A model generated the notes under the pieces. That model worked only from the letters and a program-made list of their open reading frames with translations, was not told the DNA's origin and did no database searches. A stretch of DNA of 64,000 bases. It comes from Octopus vulgaris. Taxonomy: Eukaryota. Positions 11,385 to 25,049 of the stretch are shown one piece after another. A program made the position numbers and the translations under genes. The stretch is taken from NCBI GenBank assembly GCA_951406725.2, contig OX597818.1, positions 2,418,001 through 2,482,000 on the forward strand. Direction: 5' to 3'. The first letter of the stretch is position 1, and each line of letters begins with the position of its first letter.

Positions 11385-13100
11385 TCGTTTAGCGTCCGTT
11401 TTCCATGCTGGCATGGGTTGGACGGTTCAACTGGGGACTGTGAAACCAGAAGGCTGCATCAGACCCAGTCTGATCTGGCAGTATTTCTACGGCTGGATGC
11501 CCTTCCTAACGCCAACCACTCCGCGAGTGTAGTGGGTGCTTTCTACATGCCACCCACACAGGTGCCAGACGGAGCTGGCAAACGGCCATGAACAGATGGT
11601 GCTTTTACGTGCCACCGGCACGGGGGCCAGGTGAGGCTGGCAATGGCCACGAACGGATGGTGCTTTTACATGCTACCGGCACGGAGGCCAGTCGGGGCGG
11701 CACTGGCAATGGCCACGAACAGATGGTGCTTTTTATGTGCCACCGGCACGGAGGCCAGGCGGGGCTGGCAACGGCCACGAACGGATGGTGCTTTTTACGT
11801 GTCATCGGCACAGAGGCCAGTCGGGGCAGCGCTGGCAACGGTCACAATCGGATGGTTCGCTTACTTGTCACCGGCACTGGTATCACAGCCGCAATTTCCA
11901 TTGATGTTGATCGACTTCGATTTTGGTTCTGCTTTCTGATATCTGATTTGATTTTGATTTTTTGATTTTTTGATTTTCACTTGCCTCAACGGGTCTTCAC
12001 AAGTGGAGTTTTGTGTCCCAAGAAGGAAAGGTATGTATAAGTCGACTGGCTACATACCAGGTAGAGACCACGGGTTATGGTCTCACTAGTCTTGCCGGGT
12101 CTTCTCACGCACAGCACACTTCCATAGGTCTTGGTCTCTAGTCATTTCCTTGGTGCGACCTAAAGTTTGAAGGTCGTGCTTCACCACCTCGTCCCAGGTT
12201 TTCCTGGGTCTACCTCTTCCACAGGTTCCCTCAACTGCTAGGGTGTGGCACTTTTGCACACAGCTATCTTCATCCATTCTCATCACATGACCATACCAGC
12301 GCAAACGTCTCTCTTGCACACCACAACTGATGTTTCTTAGGTCCAACTTTTCTCTCAAGGTACTTACACTCTGTCAATTATGAACACTGACATTACACAT
12401 CCATCGGAGCATACTGGCTTCATTTCTGGTGAGCTTACGCATATCCTCAGCAGTCACGGCCCATGTTTCACTACCATGTAGCATGGCTGTACGTACACAT
12501 GCATCATACAGTCTGCCTTTTACTCTGAGCGAGAGGCCTTTTGTCACCAGCAGGGGTAAGAGCTCTCTAAACTTTGCCCAGGTTATTCTTACTCTAGCAG
12601 TTACACTTTCAGCACACCCACCCCAGCTACTGACTTGGTCACCTAGGTAGCGGAAGCTATCAACTACTTCTAGTTTTTCTCCCTGGAACGTGGTAGAAGT
12701 TGATCACTGCACATTTCCAGTGTTTATTGCTCCTGAGCATCTGCCACAGACAAAAACTATTTTCCTAATTAGCCTTCCTTTGACATTGCTGCACCTCTTA
12801 TGTGTCCAAAGCTTACACTTGGTGCACCTTATAGAGTTTCTACCTACACCTTTTTTACAGATCGAGCAGGACCATCTACCTGAAGTCGTTTGTGATTGGT
12901 CTACCTTCCTACTTATTAGGACTTTGGTTTTGGCTAGGTTGATTCTAAGGCCCTTCGATTCTAATCTTTGTTTCCACACCTGAAACTTCTCCTCCAGTTC
13001 TGATAGTGACTCAGCAATTAGAGCAAGGTGATCAGCATAGAGGAGCTCCCAAGGGCATCCTGTCTTGAATTCCTCCATTATTGCCTGGAGGACTATGATA
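11385..13100 (-). mobile_element. RTE-clade LINE, 5'-truncated
   Basis: RT peptide ELLYADHLAL..ES..EL..KF..WK..LESKGLRINLAKTK, a Cys-rich insert, and RRLRWYGHVMRM...GRGRPRKTW. The 3' UTR has tandem units and the ggctggatgcccttcctaacgcc tail. Confidence 0.9.
11570..11870. repeat. Tandem array of about five 57-62 bp GC-rich units in the RTE 3' UTR
   Basis: Repeated ggcaa(t/c)ggccacgaacggatggtgcttttacgtgccaccggcacggaggccag. Confidence 0.85.
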
Positions 13101-13299
13101 AATAGGACTACATATATACATATATATATACTACAAATATTCACACACATACATATATACACACACATACATATATACACACACATACATATATATACAC
13201 TCATACATATATATACACACATACATATATATACACACATACCTTAGTAACATATATATATACCTATATATATATACCTATTCAATGAAGAACTACTTA

Positions 13300-14495
13300 T
13301 TCAAGGGTGCATTGAAAAGGTCATAGGTTGGCTATGAAGAGTAATGCTAAAGCTGTGAAATCTTGCATGCTTTAATTTCAACACTTATTAATAACTACTT
13401 ATTTTCTGCCAGGTAAACTAACATCTGAAGAAGACTTCAAAAGTAATTAGTAGCAACTTCTCTTGAAAATGAACAAAATTCGGTATTGTGATGTTATCAA
13501 GGACCTGCAGAAAAAGTATGTCCCCAAGGACATTCATACTGACATGATTGATACCTTATGAGATGACGCTCCAACTTTATCAATAATGCAAAAGTGGGCG
13601 ACTGAATTTAGGAGGTGAAGGAAGAATTTGCCATCAGACGAAAACATCAATCATGTTCACCACATGGTGATGGATGAGAGGCAATTGACTATAAATCAAA
13701 TAGCCAGTGCTATTCACATATCCCGTGAGAGAGTTGAGAATATTCTGCGCAATGAACTTAACATGATGAAGGTTTCTGCTCAGTGGGTGCCACATCTTCT
13801 GACACCTGATCAAAAGCGCACCAGGCTGATCACATCACAGGAAAATCTGATATTGTTTGAACCAGACCCAGCTAGTTTCCTTGAATGTTTTCCCAAGCTG
13901 CCCAAATGTTGGGTTCATCACTTTGAGCCAGAGACAAATAGACATTCCATGCAAATGGAAACACTCCCTCCTCACCTGCAGTTGTTTCATCTGCAGGGAA
14001 GATGATGGCTTCTGTTTCTTGGGATGCAAAAGACATTGTGTTTATTGACTATCTTAAAAAGGGCCACACCAGCTTGCTGAGGTAATTACAAAAGCCTATT
14101 AGGACCAAATACCCAGGAAAACTAACAAAAGATGTCTTCTTTCATCAAGACAATACTCCAGCATACAAGTCCTGCTTTCAATGGCTGCTGTGTGCAACTG
14201 TTGCTTTGAACTGGCTGATCACCCCACCCCTAATCTGATTTTACCACATCTGACTATCATCTGTACCCCAATAGATGATTGCCAGAAGCAATATTGCAAT
14301 GATGATGATGTTATATCTACTGTTGATGACTTTTTTGGCCAACAGAATAAAAGTTTCTTCAGCAAAAGGATTCAAGCACTACAACACTGATGGAAGATAT
14401 GTGTGAACTGCAAGAAGAGATATGTTGAAAAATAAACCTCATCTGGTCACATTCTATGAGAGTATCTTGGTCAGCTTCTGAACTTTTCAGCCATC
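13300..14495 (+). mobile_element. Mariner transposon, decayed
   Basis: ORF 13628-14005 ..IHISRERVENIL..ELNM.KVSAQWVPHLLTPDQK, downstream FWDAK and FHQDNTPA, and degraded TIR-like ends (tgaaaagg / cttttca). Confidence 0.85.
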
Positions 14496-14615
14496 ATAAC
14501 CATCATTGCTAGGCAGCTACAGCACCACTTTTGTTTTATGTTTTAGTTGCAGTTTAGGTCAGAGTTTTAGTAGTAAAACTAGCCCAAGCACTTATCATGC
14601 ATATCCATTACATTA

Positions 14616-14655
<40 letters not shown>

Positions 14656-14903
14656 CTTCTCTCAGTTTCCATCTATCAAATCCCCTGACAAAGCTTTTGC
14701 TGGCCCAGGAGTATAGTGGAAGACATCTAGCCAAGGTACCACACAGTGGAACTGAATCCAGAAATATGTGGTTGGGAGGCAAACTTCTTAACCATATAGG
14801 AATGTTTGCACCTACAGTATTTCAAATAAACATTTTATAGAATATAACAAATTCTTTGTAGTCACTTCATTTATATTTTTTGTTTTCTCTTTTTATTTTG
14901 TAG

Positions 14904-15017
14904 ATATTTTTCAATCAGAGTTTATCTCAGCTGTGTTTAAATTTACAATGTCTGGAAGGTGCCAATTCCTGTAGAGAGCAACATGCTGCACATAAGACAT
15001 CGTGTGGAAGCAAAAAG
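14904..15017 (+). CDS. Exon: ADAMTS disintegrin-like domain (IFFNQSLSQLCLNLQCLEGANSCREQHAAHKTSCGSKK)
   Basis: Pyrimidine tract and tgtag acceptor; weak donor AAG|gttggc; phase 0-0; open frame. Matches CxxLxC...C...AAxxTxCGxxK. Confidence 0.85.
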
Positions 15018-15066
15018 GTTGGCAAATTTTCCTTCTTTCTTTTGGCTTGATATTATTATTATTATT

Positions 15067-15620
15067 GAGTGAGAGAGCAGTTCATGCCATCAAAGTGACA
15101 CTGGGGTAAAATATACGAAGCCCGGTATACCCATCATGACTACCCGTCTGATAAGGGTACACCAGGCACATGCATCACAACCATATGTGCGCGATATTGT
15201 GATCTCATAAAAAGATAAACAGCACATGACCTTGCAGGTGGGGCCCAGTTAGAATTTTCTTCAGGTTGAGTAGCCCATCCCGCTCAAAAGGTCCCTGAAT
15301 AAGGGTTGTTTAAGGATGTTGAATGAACCACCCATGTTTCCAGAGGTGAATTATTCAAACCCCAAAGAATCCCTCTCAACACATGGCTATGATGCTCCCC
15401 CACTACTTCTGCTCGTGATCAGAGATGCACATATCGTCAGCCACTAAGGGACATGCTCAACTGGTTAAGGTCAAACAACTGACAAGCAAATCTGTGGTAT
15501 TGAGCAGAATATTTGCTGTAGCCCATCTTTTATACCAAGACAAAACAATGTACATGATAACACTTCCAGTCAATTAAGATCAGAAGCCATGAGAACCACT
15601 GCCTGGTACTGCATCAGAGC

Positions 15621-15622
<2 letters not shown>
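15067..15622. mobile_element. Interspersed repeat flanked by (TTA)n, unclassified non-coding retroposon-like sequence
   Basis: A block richer in GC than its surroundings, bounded on both sides by TTA microsatellites, with no ORF. Classification is uncertain. Confidence 0.45.
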
Positions 15623-15671
<49 letters not shown>

Positions 15672-15689
15672 CATCATTATTATTATTTA

Positions 15690-17447
15690 TAGTCTTCACA
15701 CAGCTTCTAACACTGCAGATGTACTACAGTGCCAGCTGTTCACTACCACTGAACTAACTAAGGTAACACCCCTTATTTTTCAAGCACCATCCGGAGTATT
15801 CAAGTGGTCCCAAGCAGTTCAGTTTTCTACAAGTGTTCCACCCTTATTGCAGCCCCTATATGTTCCATGTACTTCTCAAGGTTTTTACTCACTGTTCCCA
15901 GGGCTCCAACAATTATTGGTACTACTACCACCTTTCTCAGCAACAACTACTTAACCTCCCAAGCTAACTTGTCATATCTATTGACTTTTCTTTCTTCCTT
16001 ATCACATATATTGTTGTCAGCTGGGCACGCTATAACTATGATCCAGTATCGTTTGGTATCTTTCCCAATTAAGACTATGTCTGGCTTCCTATTCTCTATC
16101 TCATGGTCGCACTGAATCATAAAATCCCACAGGATCTTTGCATTATCATTTTCAATGATGCCTTCGGGTTTGTGGTCATACCAAATTTTTTTCTCTGTCA
16201 AATCCATACTTGTTGCAATGTGTCCAATGGACATGCTTTGCTATATTGTTGTGGCATCTCTTATATTCCTTCTGGGCTAGTGGCGTACATTGGCAGGTAA
16301 TATGCCATACGGTTTCACCATTTTGTCCACAAATTCTGCACTTATCACTTTCTGGTGTGTTGTCTATTCTATATTTTATGTAGTTTGTTCTTAGTGCTTA
16401 CTCTCGGGTAACACAGATTAGAGCCTCCGTTTCCAGTCTTAAATCACTTTTAGTCATCCACAGCCATCTTTTTTCTCTGTATGTCTTATCTTTAACATCC
16501 TTATGAAATTGTCCATGCATTCTTTTCTTTACCCACCTATTTTCAGTTTCATTCATTTTCAATTGCTTGTACACTGCTTTATCATTGCAATCTTTCATCC
16601 TACACAATTATTCTTCTAATAATAACAGTTCTGTAGCATTTTTTACATACCATGCTATGTTGTTTTCTTCTGCTTTAATGCTGTGTTCGCATCCAATAGG
16701 TCCTCTTCCCCCTCTTTTTCTTGGTACATATAGTCTGTCTGTGTTACTTTTTGGGTGGAGAGTCCCATACCTAGTTAGCAACTTCTTTGTCTTTCTGTCT
16801 AAGCTGTTTAGTTCATCTACTGTCCATGCGATTACTCTTGCTCCATATCTAAGGAGTGAAACTAGGTAGATAGCTTCAATCGATTTATGGATCAGTCTCA
16901 GACTGTGCAAGTACTCCACCTTAAATTTTTCTGTCATTTCTTTCTCCATCAATGTATCCATTTCCAAAATCCCCAAGTACTCATAGCCCATCTCTTCTAT
17001 CTGCTTCATAACCTTCCCGACAGTACTGTTAGCCTGTCCATACATTTGATTTTGCCTCTCTTCAAGACTAATACACCACACTTTCTCAGTCCAAATTTCA
17101 TTCTGATATTAGCACTGAAAGTATACACTGTATCAATGAAGGAACTGACTTGGGCTTCATCTTTACCATAAAGTTTCAGATCATCCATGAATAACAAAGG
17201 GCTGACTATTTGCTGGCGGCTTTTGAATACATATCCAGCTTTTGCTTTCCTCAGAATCAGTGTCAGTGGTATCAAGCACAGTACAAAGATTAGTGGGGAC
17301 AGGTAGTCCCCTTGGAAGATGCCCTTCCTAATTTCTACTGTCCCTAAACTTCTGAATGCTGTCAGGTCCATCCTCCAATTTGTCATACATTTTTCAAGCA
17401 ATCGCTCAACATTTGATGCAATACCAAATAGATTCATACATTCCATA
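15690..17447 (-). mobile_element. R4/Dong-like non-LTR retrotransposon with restriction-like endonuclease, 3' half, decayed
   Basis: GIFQGDYLSPLIF...LLFMDDLKLYGK (RT), RLYVPRKRGGRG, a CRICG...HI..QC zinc knuckle, and ILWDF.IQCD.....RKPDIV (REL endonuclease). (TAA)n tail at about 15625-15690. Confidence 0.85.
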
Positions 17448-17454
17448 ATTTTGA

Positions 17455-19900
17455 TTAGTTAATTTTGAACCCAGTTATAACTTATAACTGGGACAGCTAT
17501 TATCTTGTTTTTTGCATTGAGCTCTGTTTTTAGTATTAATCTAACTCGTCTATAGTATTCTTTTCTTATCTTCTCTTTCATTTGTGTGTGTTGTATTATA
17601 TCTAGTTCATTGATTCCTAAGTATTTGTATGCCTGGCTATGGTCTAATTCTCTTATTTCATTTGCTTTATCTAGTGTGATGTTGCTACTCTTAACTAGTT
17701 TTCTTCTTTTCAAGGTTGCTTTGGTACATTTTTCTAAGCCAAATTTCATGCTTATTTCTTTGTTAAATCCATGTAGTCTGGAGTAACGTTTCCAGCTGTT
17801 TAACATTTGTAGCTTACAGTTTTAGATCATCCATATATAACAGGTGGTTGATTATTTTGTCATAACAGTTATATCCATATCCATTTCTGCTTAGCATGTT
17901 AGATAAAGGTGTCAGTGCCAAGCAGAAAAGGAGTGGAGAGAGCATGTCTCCCTGGAATATTCCTCTTCTAAAGGGATTGGCTTTGGTTTTTATGAGTCCC
18001 TTTTTTGTCTGGAACTGTAGCACTGACTGCTATTTATTCATGGAATGTTTTATATATCTTATGATTATTTGTGCTACCTTGTTCATGGCTAGTGTTTCTA
18101 GGATCCATGTGTGGGGAATATTACCAAAAACCTTTTGGTAATCAAACCAGGCCATACTTAGACCCTTCTTTACATCCACATGAGCCCTTGCAGCATCCCT
18201 TCTGCTCTTCTGGAAACAGGTTATATTCTTCCAGATGTTTGCTCATTCTCTGCGATATTATTGCAGTAAAGGCTTTGTAAAGTGTAGGGAGACAAGTTAT
18301 CGGTCTATAATTTTATGGGTTTGCTGTTTCAGTGGATTTGGGAATTAGGATTGTTTTCCCTTCCATGAGCCATTCAGTCGTTGACTCTGGCTCTGCTAGT
18401 ATTACATTAAATTTCTCAGCCAGTGTTTTATATGTTCCTGTTAGGTATTTTAACCAGAAGTTGGGGATCTTATCATGCCCGGGTGCCTTCCCATTGCTTA
18501 GTTTTTGCAGTGCCTGGCTGACCTCTTCAATTGTTGTTCAGGTGCTATGTTCATTGTTTTGATAGATTTTTGCTGTGGTTGTTCCTTCGCCAACCATATT
18601 CCTTTCCAAAATTCTTCCACTTCTGCTGTTGGTGCTGCATTGATCTCAATTTTATTTTTGCCAGGTTCTTGGCAGAATCTTTTGGGATGAGAGTTGAACT
18701 GTTCATTTTGTTCAAAGAAATGTTGGCGTTTCTCATACTGATGGATTCTTTGTGCTTTGGTGAGGATATCTTGCTTTAGCTGTCCTTTTACCTCAGATAT
18801 ACCTTGTTCTGTAATTTTGTATTTACATAGTATTTTTCTTCTCTTCTTGTTGCCTTGGATTTTTCTTCTCTTCTGTTGATTGTCTACTAGTTTCATTAAG
18901 AATTGACAGATCCTTTCTCTTATTTTCTATTTTTTCTGGATATTATATATCCACAGAGTTTGTTTGTGTGGTGATGCTCCTGTTTGGGTGGGTTTTAGGA
19001 GGTAACCAGCTTCTTTTCTGGTCACAGAGGTTACTGCATACATTATATCATTTAGCCTGGTCATATTGACATTTGTTTCTCTGGCTATAAGTTCTGTGAT
19101 AGCCAGGTTCATGCTATTTATTATCGATGTTGTTTTATTATCAATTTTAATTTCTGGGTGGCCCATATTGAGATCTGAGGCTTTCAATTCTTTGATTATA
19201 CTCATTTGTAGAGTATCATAATCATTAGTTTCACCTTTGCTGTTTCCAGGTTTTAGATTTGTACGTATTCCCTCCTGTTCATATTTTTGTTTGTGGTGTT
19301 CTGGCTTGGTGCATTTTGCTCATCATTATACATTCTTATGATCTGGGTTTGTTGTCTTTTGTTGTTTACTTCATTTTTGTTGGACATGTTACACCTGTCT
19401 TCATATTTTACAGTCCCAGTGCTTATGATATTATTTGCTATTGCTGTGTGGTTACTATCTACGTTTTCCTGTTGTATTTTTCCTTTTAAGTGTTCATTTT
19501 CTATTTCTGGTATTTTTTTGTTCTTGTTTTTGTTTTGTTAGCTACTTTATTATGATTCATTGCTGTACCCAAATTTTATCTAAGTTATTTTTCTTCCAGA
19601 TTTTATATGTATATGTTGTTGTGTTTTCATTCTGTGGGTGGAGCACTGCTGTAAAATAAGCATGTAGGATTAAAATACATTCCTCACATGTCCGTTTATT
19701 CTTTTTTGTTTTATTTGTGGGACATGAGGAATAATGCCTGGCCCTTTATTTTGATGGTCATCATTTTCATAGGGTACCGGTCCATTCATTTCTGGTGTTA
19801 AATGGTTTTGCACATGTAGTTTTTCATACTTTTTGTGTTACAAGTTTAAGTACATATTTCCCGTTTCTTATCCTTTGGTTGAATAATACGGGTATCATTT
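17455..19900 (-). mobile_element. Second R4/Dong-like element (N-terminal region and RT), 3'-truncated, decayed
   Basis: GIFQGDMLSPLLFCLAL.PLS...HLLYMDDLKL, MKFGLEKC, YKYLGI, EVEEFWKGIW, and a KAPGHDKIPNFWLK-like segment. Confidence 0.85.
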
Positions 19901-20034
19901 AATTTACGTTTCATTTTTTTGTGCATGGTGGTTGGGGACAGAAATGGTCTTATGTTGATTGGATCGTAATGTGGCAAGTGTGTTTACACGTGTTGTGTGA
20001 GTGATGGAGATAATACACAGTTAAAATGAGTGTA

Positions 20035-20122
20035 GGACAAAAGCCCCTTGGACAAAAGCCCCTTGGACAAAAGCTCCACGGACAAAAGCCCCACGGACAA
20101 AAGCCTCTTGGACAAAAGCCCC
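20035..20122. repeat. Minisatellite, 6 x 15 bp (ggacaaaagccccyy)
   Basis: Six adjacent ggacaaaagc-containing units. Confidence 0.9.
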
Positions 20123-20902
20123 AGTTATATATTTCGATTATTTTTTTGTTTTTTTCACCTTTTACTTGTTTCAGTCATTAGATTGAAGCCATGCTGGAGC
20201 ACTGCCTTGAAGAATCTTTAGTTGAAGATATCAACCCCAGAATTTTTTTTCCTTTTTAGTTGTTGCAGTTATCAGACTGTGGCCATGCTGAGGAACCACC
20301 ATGAAAAATTTTTAGTCAAATGTATCAATGCTAGAATTAAAAAAATTTTTACTTGTTGCAGTTATTATATAAAGATGAATGTAGCTCTATCATCATTCCT
20401 CTTCTTTGATCCCCTTATTTCCTGCCATTCTAAATTAAAGTAGGCTTTAGGTATTTTTTTCCGAAATTATTGTAGCAGAATGAATTTAGCAAATGAATTT
20501 AGCAAAAAGAAGCAATGTATTTTAGTCTCTAGTACTGATGAAAAATTTGCTAAAAAATTATAATGGAGTATCCTGGTTTATTCCAAATTCATGTAATGTT
20601 TGCATTGATCGATTAAATGGAGCTGCTTGAAATGGCCATTATGCACTAATATTTTGACATCCTTGCTACTTATTCGCTTTGTGTGTGTGTGTGTGTATGT
20701 GTGTGTGATATGTGTATGCATGTATACACACACACACACACACACACATTATGTGAACAATACTTCAAATGCTTCAATTCTGTGTATGTACTTTTATTTT
20801 CTAGATTGCTGACATTTAGCAATGGTTTCATCCATTGTGTTGATGTGCCATTTTCTATAATTAATAAAACTGTCAGCATTTTTGACAACATGGATATGCT
20901 AG

Positions 20903-20938
<36 letters not shown>

Positions 20939-21026
20939 GTACTGGTATTCTTTACTAAATAAATTATAAATACACCTTGCTTATAGTGCCATTATATACT
21001 AATATGATATTTCTTATCTGTTTCAG

Positions 21027-21078
21027 TGGTGCGTATCTGGAAAATGTGTATATGATACTGCAGCCCCTAAAATAGATG
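21027..21078 (+). CDS. Exon: end of disintegrin-like domain (WCVSGKCVYDTAAPKID)
   Basis: Acceptor tttcag, donor G|gtgagt, phase 0 in and phase 1 out. Supplies the WCxxGxC motif that follows TxCGxxK in ADAMTS proteins. Confidence 0.85.
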
Positions 21079-21084
21079 GTGAGT

Positions 21085-22100
21085 TTTGCAATAGTGGTTG
21101 ATGTGGTGACGGACAGTGCAAGAGAGAAGTTGATAAAGGAGATACTGTATGTGGATGACCTTGTTCTGATGAGTGAGACAATGGAAGGATTGAGGGAGAA
21201 GTTTTGGAAATGGAAGGAGGCGTTTGAAAGCAAGGGTTTGAAGGTAAACTTTGAGAAGACAAAGGTGATAGTGAGCGGGGTGGAAAGAGAAGTGTTAGTG
21301 AGTAAAGTGGATCCATGTAGTGTATGTGGGAAGAGGGTAATGGCAAATGTAGTGTTGCCTATGAGATGTGAGAAATGGATTCATGGTAGATGTATGAAAA
21401 TGGTGACCCTAAGATTAGCAAAAGAATTTGTTTGTGGAAGATGTGAGAAAAGAATTGGAGGGCTGGCAGAACCAGTGAAAATGCTATGTGATGAGGTGGA
21501 AACAGTGAGAAGGTTTTGTTATTTGGGAGATAGGGTGGATGTAAGTGGTGGATGTGAAGCATCTGTGACAGCAAGAGCAAGTCTTGGCTGGGTGAAGTTC
21601 AGGAAATGTGGAACATGGGAGTGAGACATGGTGTCTGAGAGAAAGAGAGATGGCAATTTTGAGAAGGATTGAGAGAGCAATGGTGAGAGAAATGTGTGGG
21701 GTGAAGCTGTTTGATAAAAGGAGAACTGAAAACTTGATGAGGATGCTGGGGTTGGAGGAATTGGTGCAACAGCTGGCAAGGACAAATGGAGTGCGGTAGT
21801 ATGAGCATGTATTGAGGAGGGATGAGGAGCATGTTCTGAGGAGGGTACTTGAATTTGAGGTAAATGGAGTGCGAAAGTGAGGTAGACCAAGGAAAATGTG
21901 GAGGAGACAGGTGGAGGAGGAAATTAGAAGGGTTGGCTTGAGAAGGGAGGATGCCCAAGTCAGGGCAAGATGGTGAGATAGTGTGAGGGTGGTTGCTATG
22001 GCATTGAGGTAGATCTGGCACACACTCACACACACACATACCCTGTTAATGGGGACAAAACCTGGATTTAAAACACTGGATGATGAGGATGATAATGATA
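21085..22100 (+). mobile_element. RTE-clade LINE, 5'-truncated
   Basis: FAIVVDVVT....EILYVDDLVLMSE...WKEAFESKGLKVN.EKTKV, F.YLGD, GSETW, ERAMVR.MCGV; ends in a (gat)n tail. Confidence 0.9.
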
Positions 22101-24101
22101 ACATCTGTTTTTTTATAAATATAATTAATGTTCACTTGCTCACTTACTTGGATACAAGAGCTGGGATACAAACTATTATTGAAATTAATGTTGACTTACC
22201 TGCACAGCAGAGATGGTACACTCTAATGACATTAATGTTTATTTACTTGGGTAGTTGAATAGGGGTACAGACTTATGACAACATCAATGGCCAAGGAGCA
22301 TTCTCATCTCCTGTAACAAATGTTTCAATGATGTCAATAATAAAAGTGTGTAAAATCTAAGTAAAAGTAGAAATATTTATTACCATATTTGCTGTCACAT
22401 AAGGATTTTTTTTTTTTTGTAATTTTTAAATGTATCAAAAAATTGCCCTGCATCTAATGTGGCCACATCATGGATTTGAGTGTTGCAAATGAAAGGCTGA
22501 GTGCTTTTTCATGTGTATAAATTTATTTCTGTATTTACACTATGCTACAGAACCTGGGTTGCTTTTTTATGTGCTACCCTGTATTTAAATGCAGAGAAAA
22601 TATATGTTCTCCTACATAATCACTTTAAAATATCTTAAATGAGTGTATGATGAAACATACTAAATTTGTTCAAATATACTTGTAAAATAGGAGTGTGAAA
22701 GTAACTTTATACACCAACAAATGTAGTAATTATATAATAAATAATTATAAGAAAACACATTTTTTACTGGTTTCAGTAAATAGACTGTGGTCATACAGGG
22801 ACATCGCTTTCAAGGGTTTTAGTCATTTATATCAACTCCAGCATTTTCTCTGCTCCTTATTTTATTGATATCAATAGAAAAGTCAAGATGACGAGATGTA
22901 AAGAAAACAGGAATCTAGCTATAGTTTGCAAAAACCTGGTGAAGGGAGTTAACTTAAGAGTCTCCAAGCTATCTTCAAAGCCACAGCCCTATACAACAAC
23001 AAGGACCCTGGTCACTACTTGTTTCAAAGATAAGATTTGTTATATGTTCAACTTTAACCCCCAACAAGGAAAAACACTACCATAACGTCAAATGATTTAT
23101 ATCTTTATTTTCCCTTAATGTAAAAACTTGTATAGCTACAATCTTTCTTAATTTAGTTGTTAAGCATTTTTCTTAGATGCATAGACATACTTTGAGATTC
23201 TCTTTAGCTGTACAGCCAATATAAAGAAAATACTAGTAAATACTCTAAACCTAACACAGAAGCATGCTTCTCATGCAGCAGTAACACCACATGCTCACTA
23301 AACAGTATATGAGGCAAAGGTAGAAAGATGTTAGAGAATGACAACACATGGAAATATGCAGATGTGATGAAATGTCTCTTCAGGACCAGGTTCAACAACC
23401 ACAAGTTGTCATTTAATATTCAGTAGAAATATGATGTCACAATTCAGATGAGATATGTATGGACATTGTAGAAAAACACATTACATTAAATGAGAAATAC
23501 TAAAAAAGCACAACCATTACCTTAACAGCTTTAGGAGATGCAGACTCTATGTGGCAGCAAAAATCATATAGAAGAGCTCCTTCACCCAGGTGTCTACCAA
23601 AAGTTTAAATGTGAAGTCTTTTCCTCTAGCCCTCCAAAGTGCAGGTATATTTTAACAAACTAAGAGAAGAGTTAGCTCTTCTCCCATCAGTGTTTTCTCC
23701 TCTACATTTGAGGAGCAAGTATAAATTTTGTCCCCCCACAACCAGCATTTATATATATACATACAAGCCAATACACAAGCATGCATATACATGACCATAA
23801 ATAATCTTAAAATTTACCAACCTTTGACAAGGAAGAATTTGCTTTCCTCTTTGCAGGCCCCGACTTGTCGATGCAGAGTTGTCTGCAGGCAGCAAGTCAC
23901 TTTGCTTGGGGGATCTGACAAAGAGAATTGTTGTAAGAAACTTTGTATTGTTGTAAGAAACTTTGTATTCGAGGGTTTGTCGGTCGGTGGGCGCCGACAT
24001 CCCTCTCATCCGTATCATTTTGTTTCATTTCATCTCATCTTGTCCATGTCCAGCCCACAAGCTTCTCTTTGTAAGGCCTATATGGCCAATTTAATGAAAT
24101 A

Positions 24102-24222
24102 AAGAAGCTTGCTTACCAACCACATGGTGGCAGGTTAAGTCCCATTGCAAGTGTCTTCTACTATAGCCTCAGGCCAACCAAAGCTTTGTGAGTGGAATTG
24201 GTAGACAGAAACTGAAAGAAGC

Positions 24223-24264
<42 letters not shown>

Positions 24265-24447
24265 CATATGTTTGTGTGTCTGTGTTTGTCCCCCCACCAT
24301 CACTTGACAACCAATGCTGGTGTGTTTACATCCCCGTAACTTAGCAGTTCAGCAAAAGACACTGATAGAATAAGTCCTTGGATTGATTTGTTCAACTAAA
24401 GGCAGTGCTCCAGCATGGCCACATTCAAATGACTGAAGCAAAAGAAA

Positions 24448-24450
<3 letters not shown>
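24102..24450 (+). mobile_element. tRNA-derived SINE copy (family A)
   Basis: Colinear with 59429-59830, including the central (TA)n and the ccagcatggcc...gactgaa 3' end. Confidence 0.85.
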
Positions 24451-24513
<63 letters not shown>

Positions 24514-24778
24514 AAAACATGGGATTAAAAAATCCTGGCAGATATCAAGTAAGCATTCAGTATAGAAGAATAAGGTTAAATGTCGAACAAGTAGATACCA
24601 GAAAATGTAAGTAGAATACAAATCCCAGGTAAATCCAACAATCCTTATGCAGAATTATAATGAAATTCAGAGTATTTAACAATGACCAATATGTACCAAG
24701 AAAATCATATCTTCATTTTAGGTCACACCTTAAAAATCCATGTGTATGTATTATGTATGTATGTATGTATATATATGA

Positions 24779-24815
<37 letters not shown>

Positions 24816-25049
24816 TACATATATAGATATATGTGTAATGTGTTCATCGTTTATATATATTATGTATACATATAAAACAGACTTCCTTACAGTTTCTATT
24901 CATCAAATTACACTCACAAGGCATTGGTTAAAGAGAGGTTGTAGGATAATATACTATAAATGAAGCAGTAAAGTGGAATTGAACCTAACATCATATTCTT
25001 GTAGATTTTCCCATTCATCCTGTTATTCATTCATTCCATATCTTTTCAG

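Noticed and set aside
11570-11870. Regularly spaced repeats that could be mistaken for a CRISPR array
   Set aside because: The whole unit is repeated with no unique spacers, there are no cas genes, and it lies in the 3' UTR of a eukaryotic RTE LINE.
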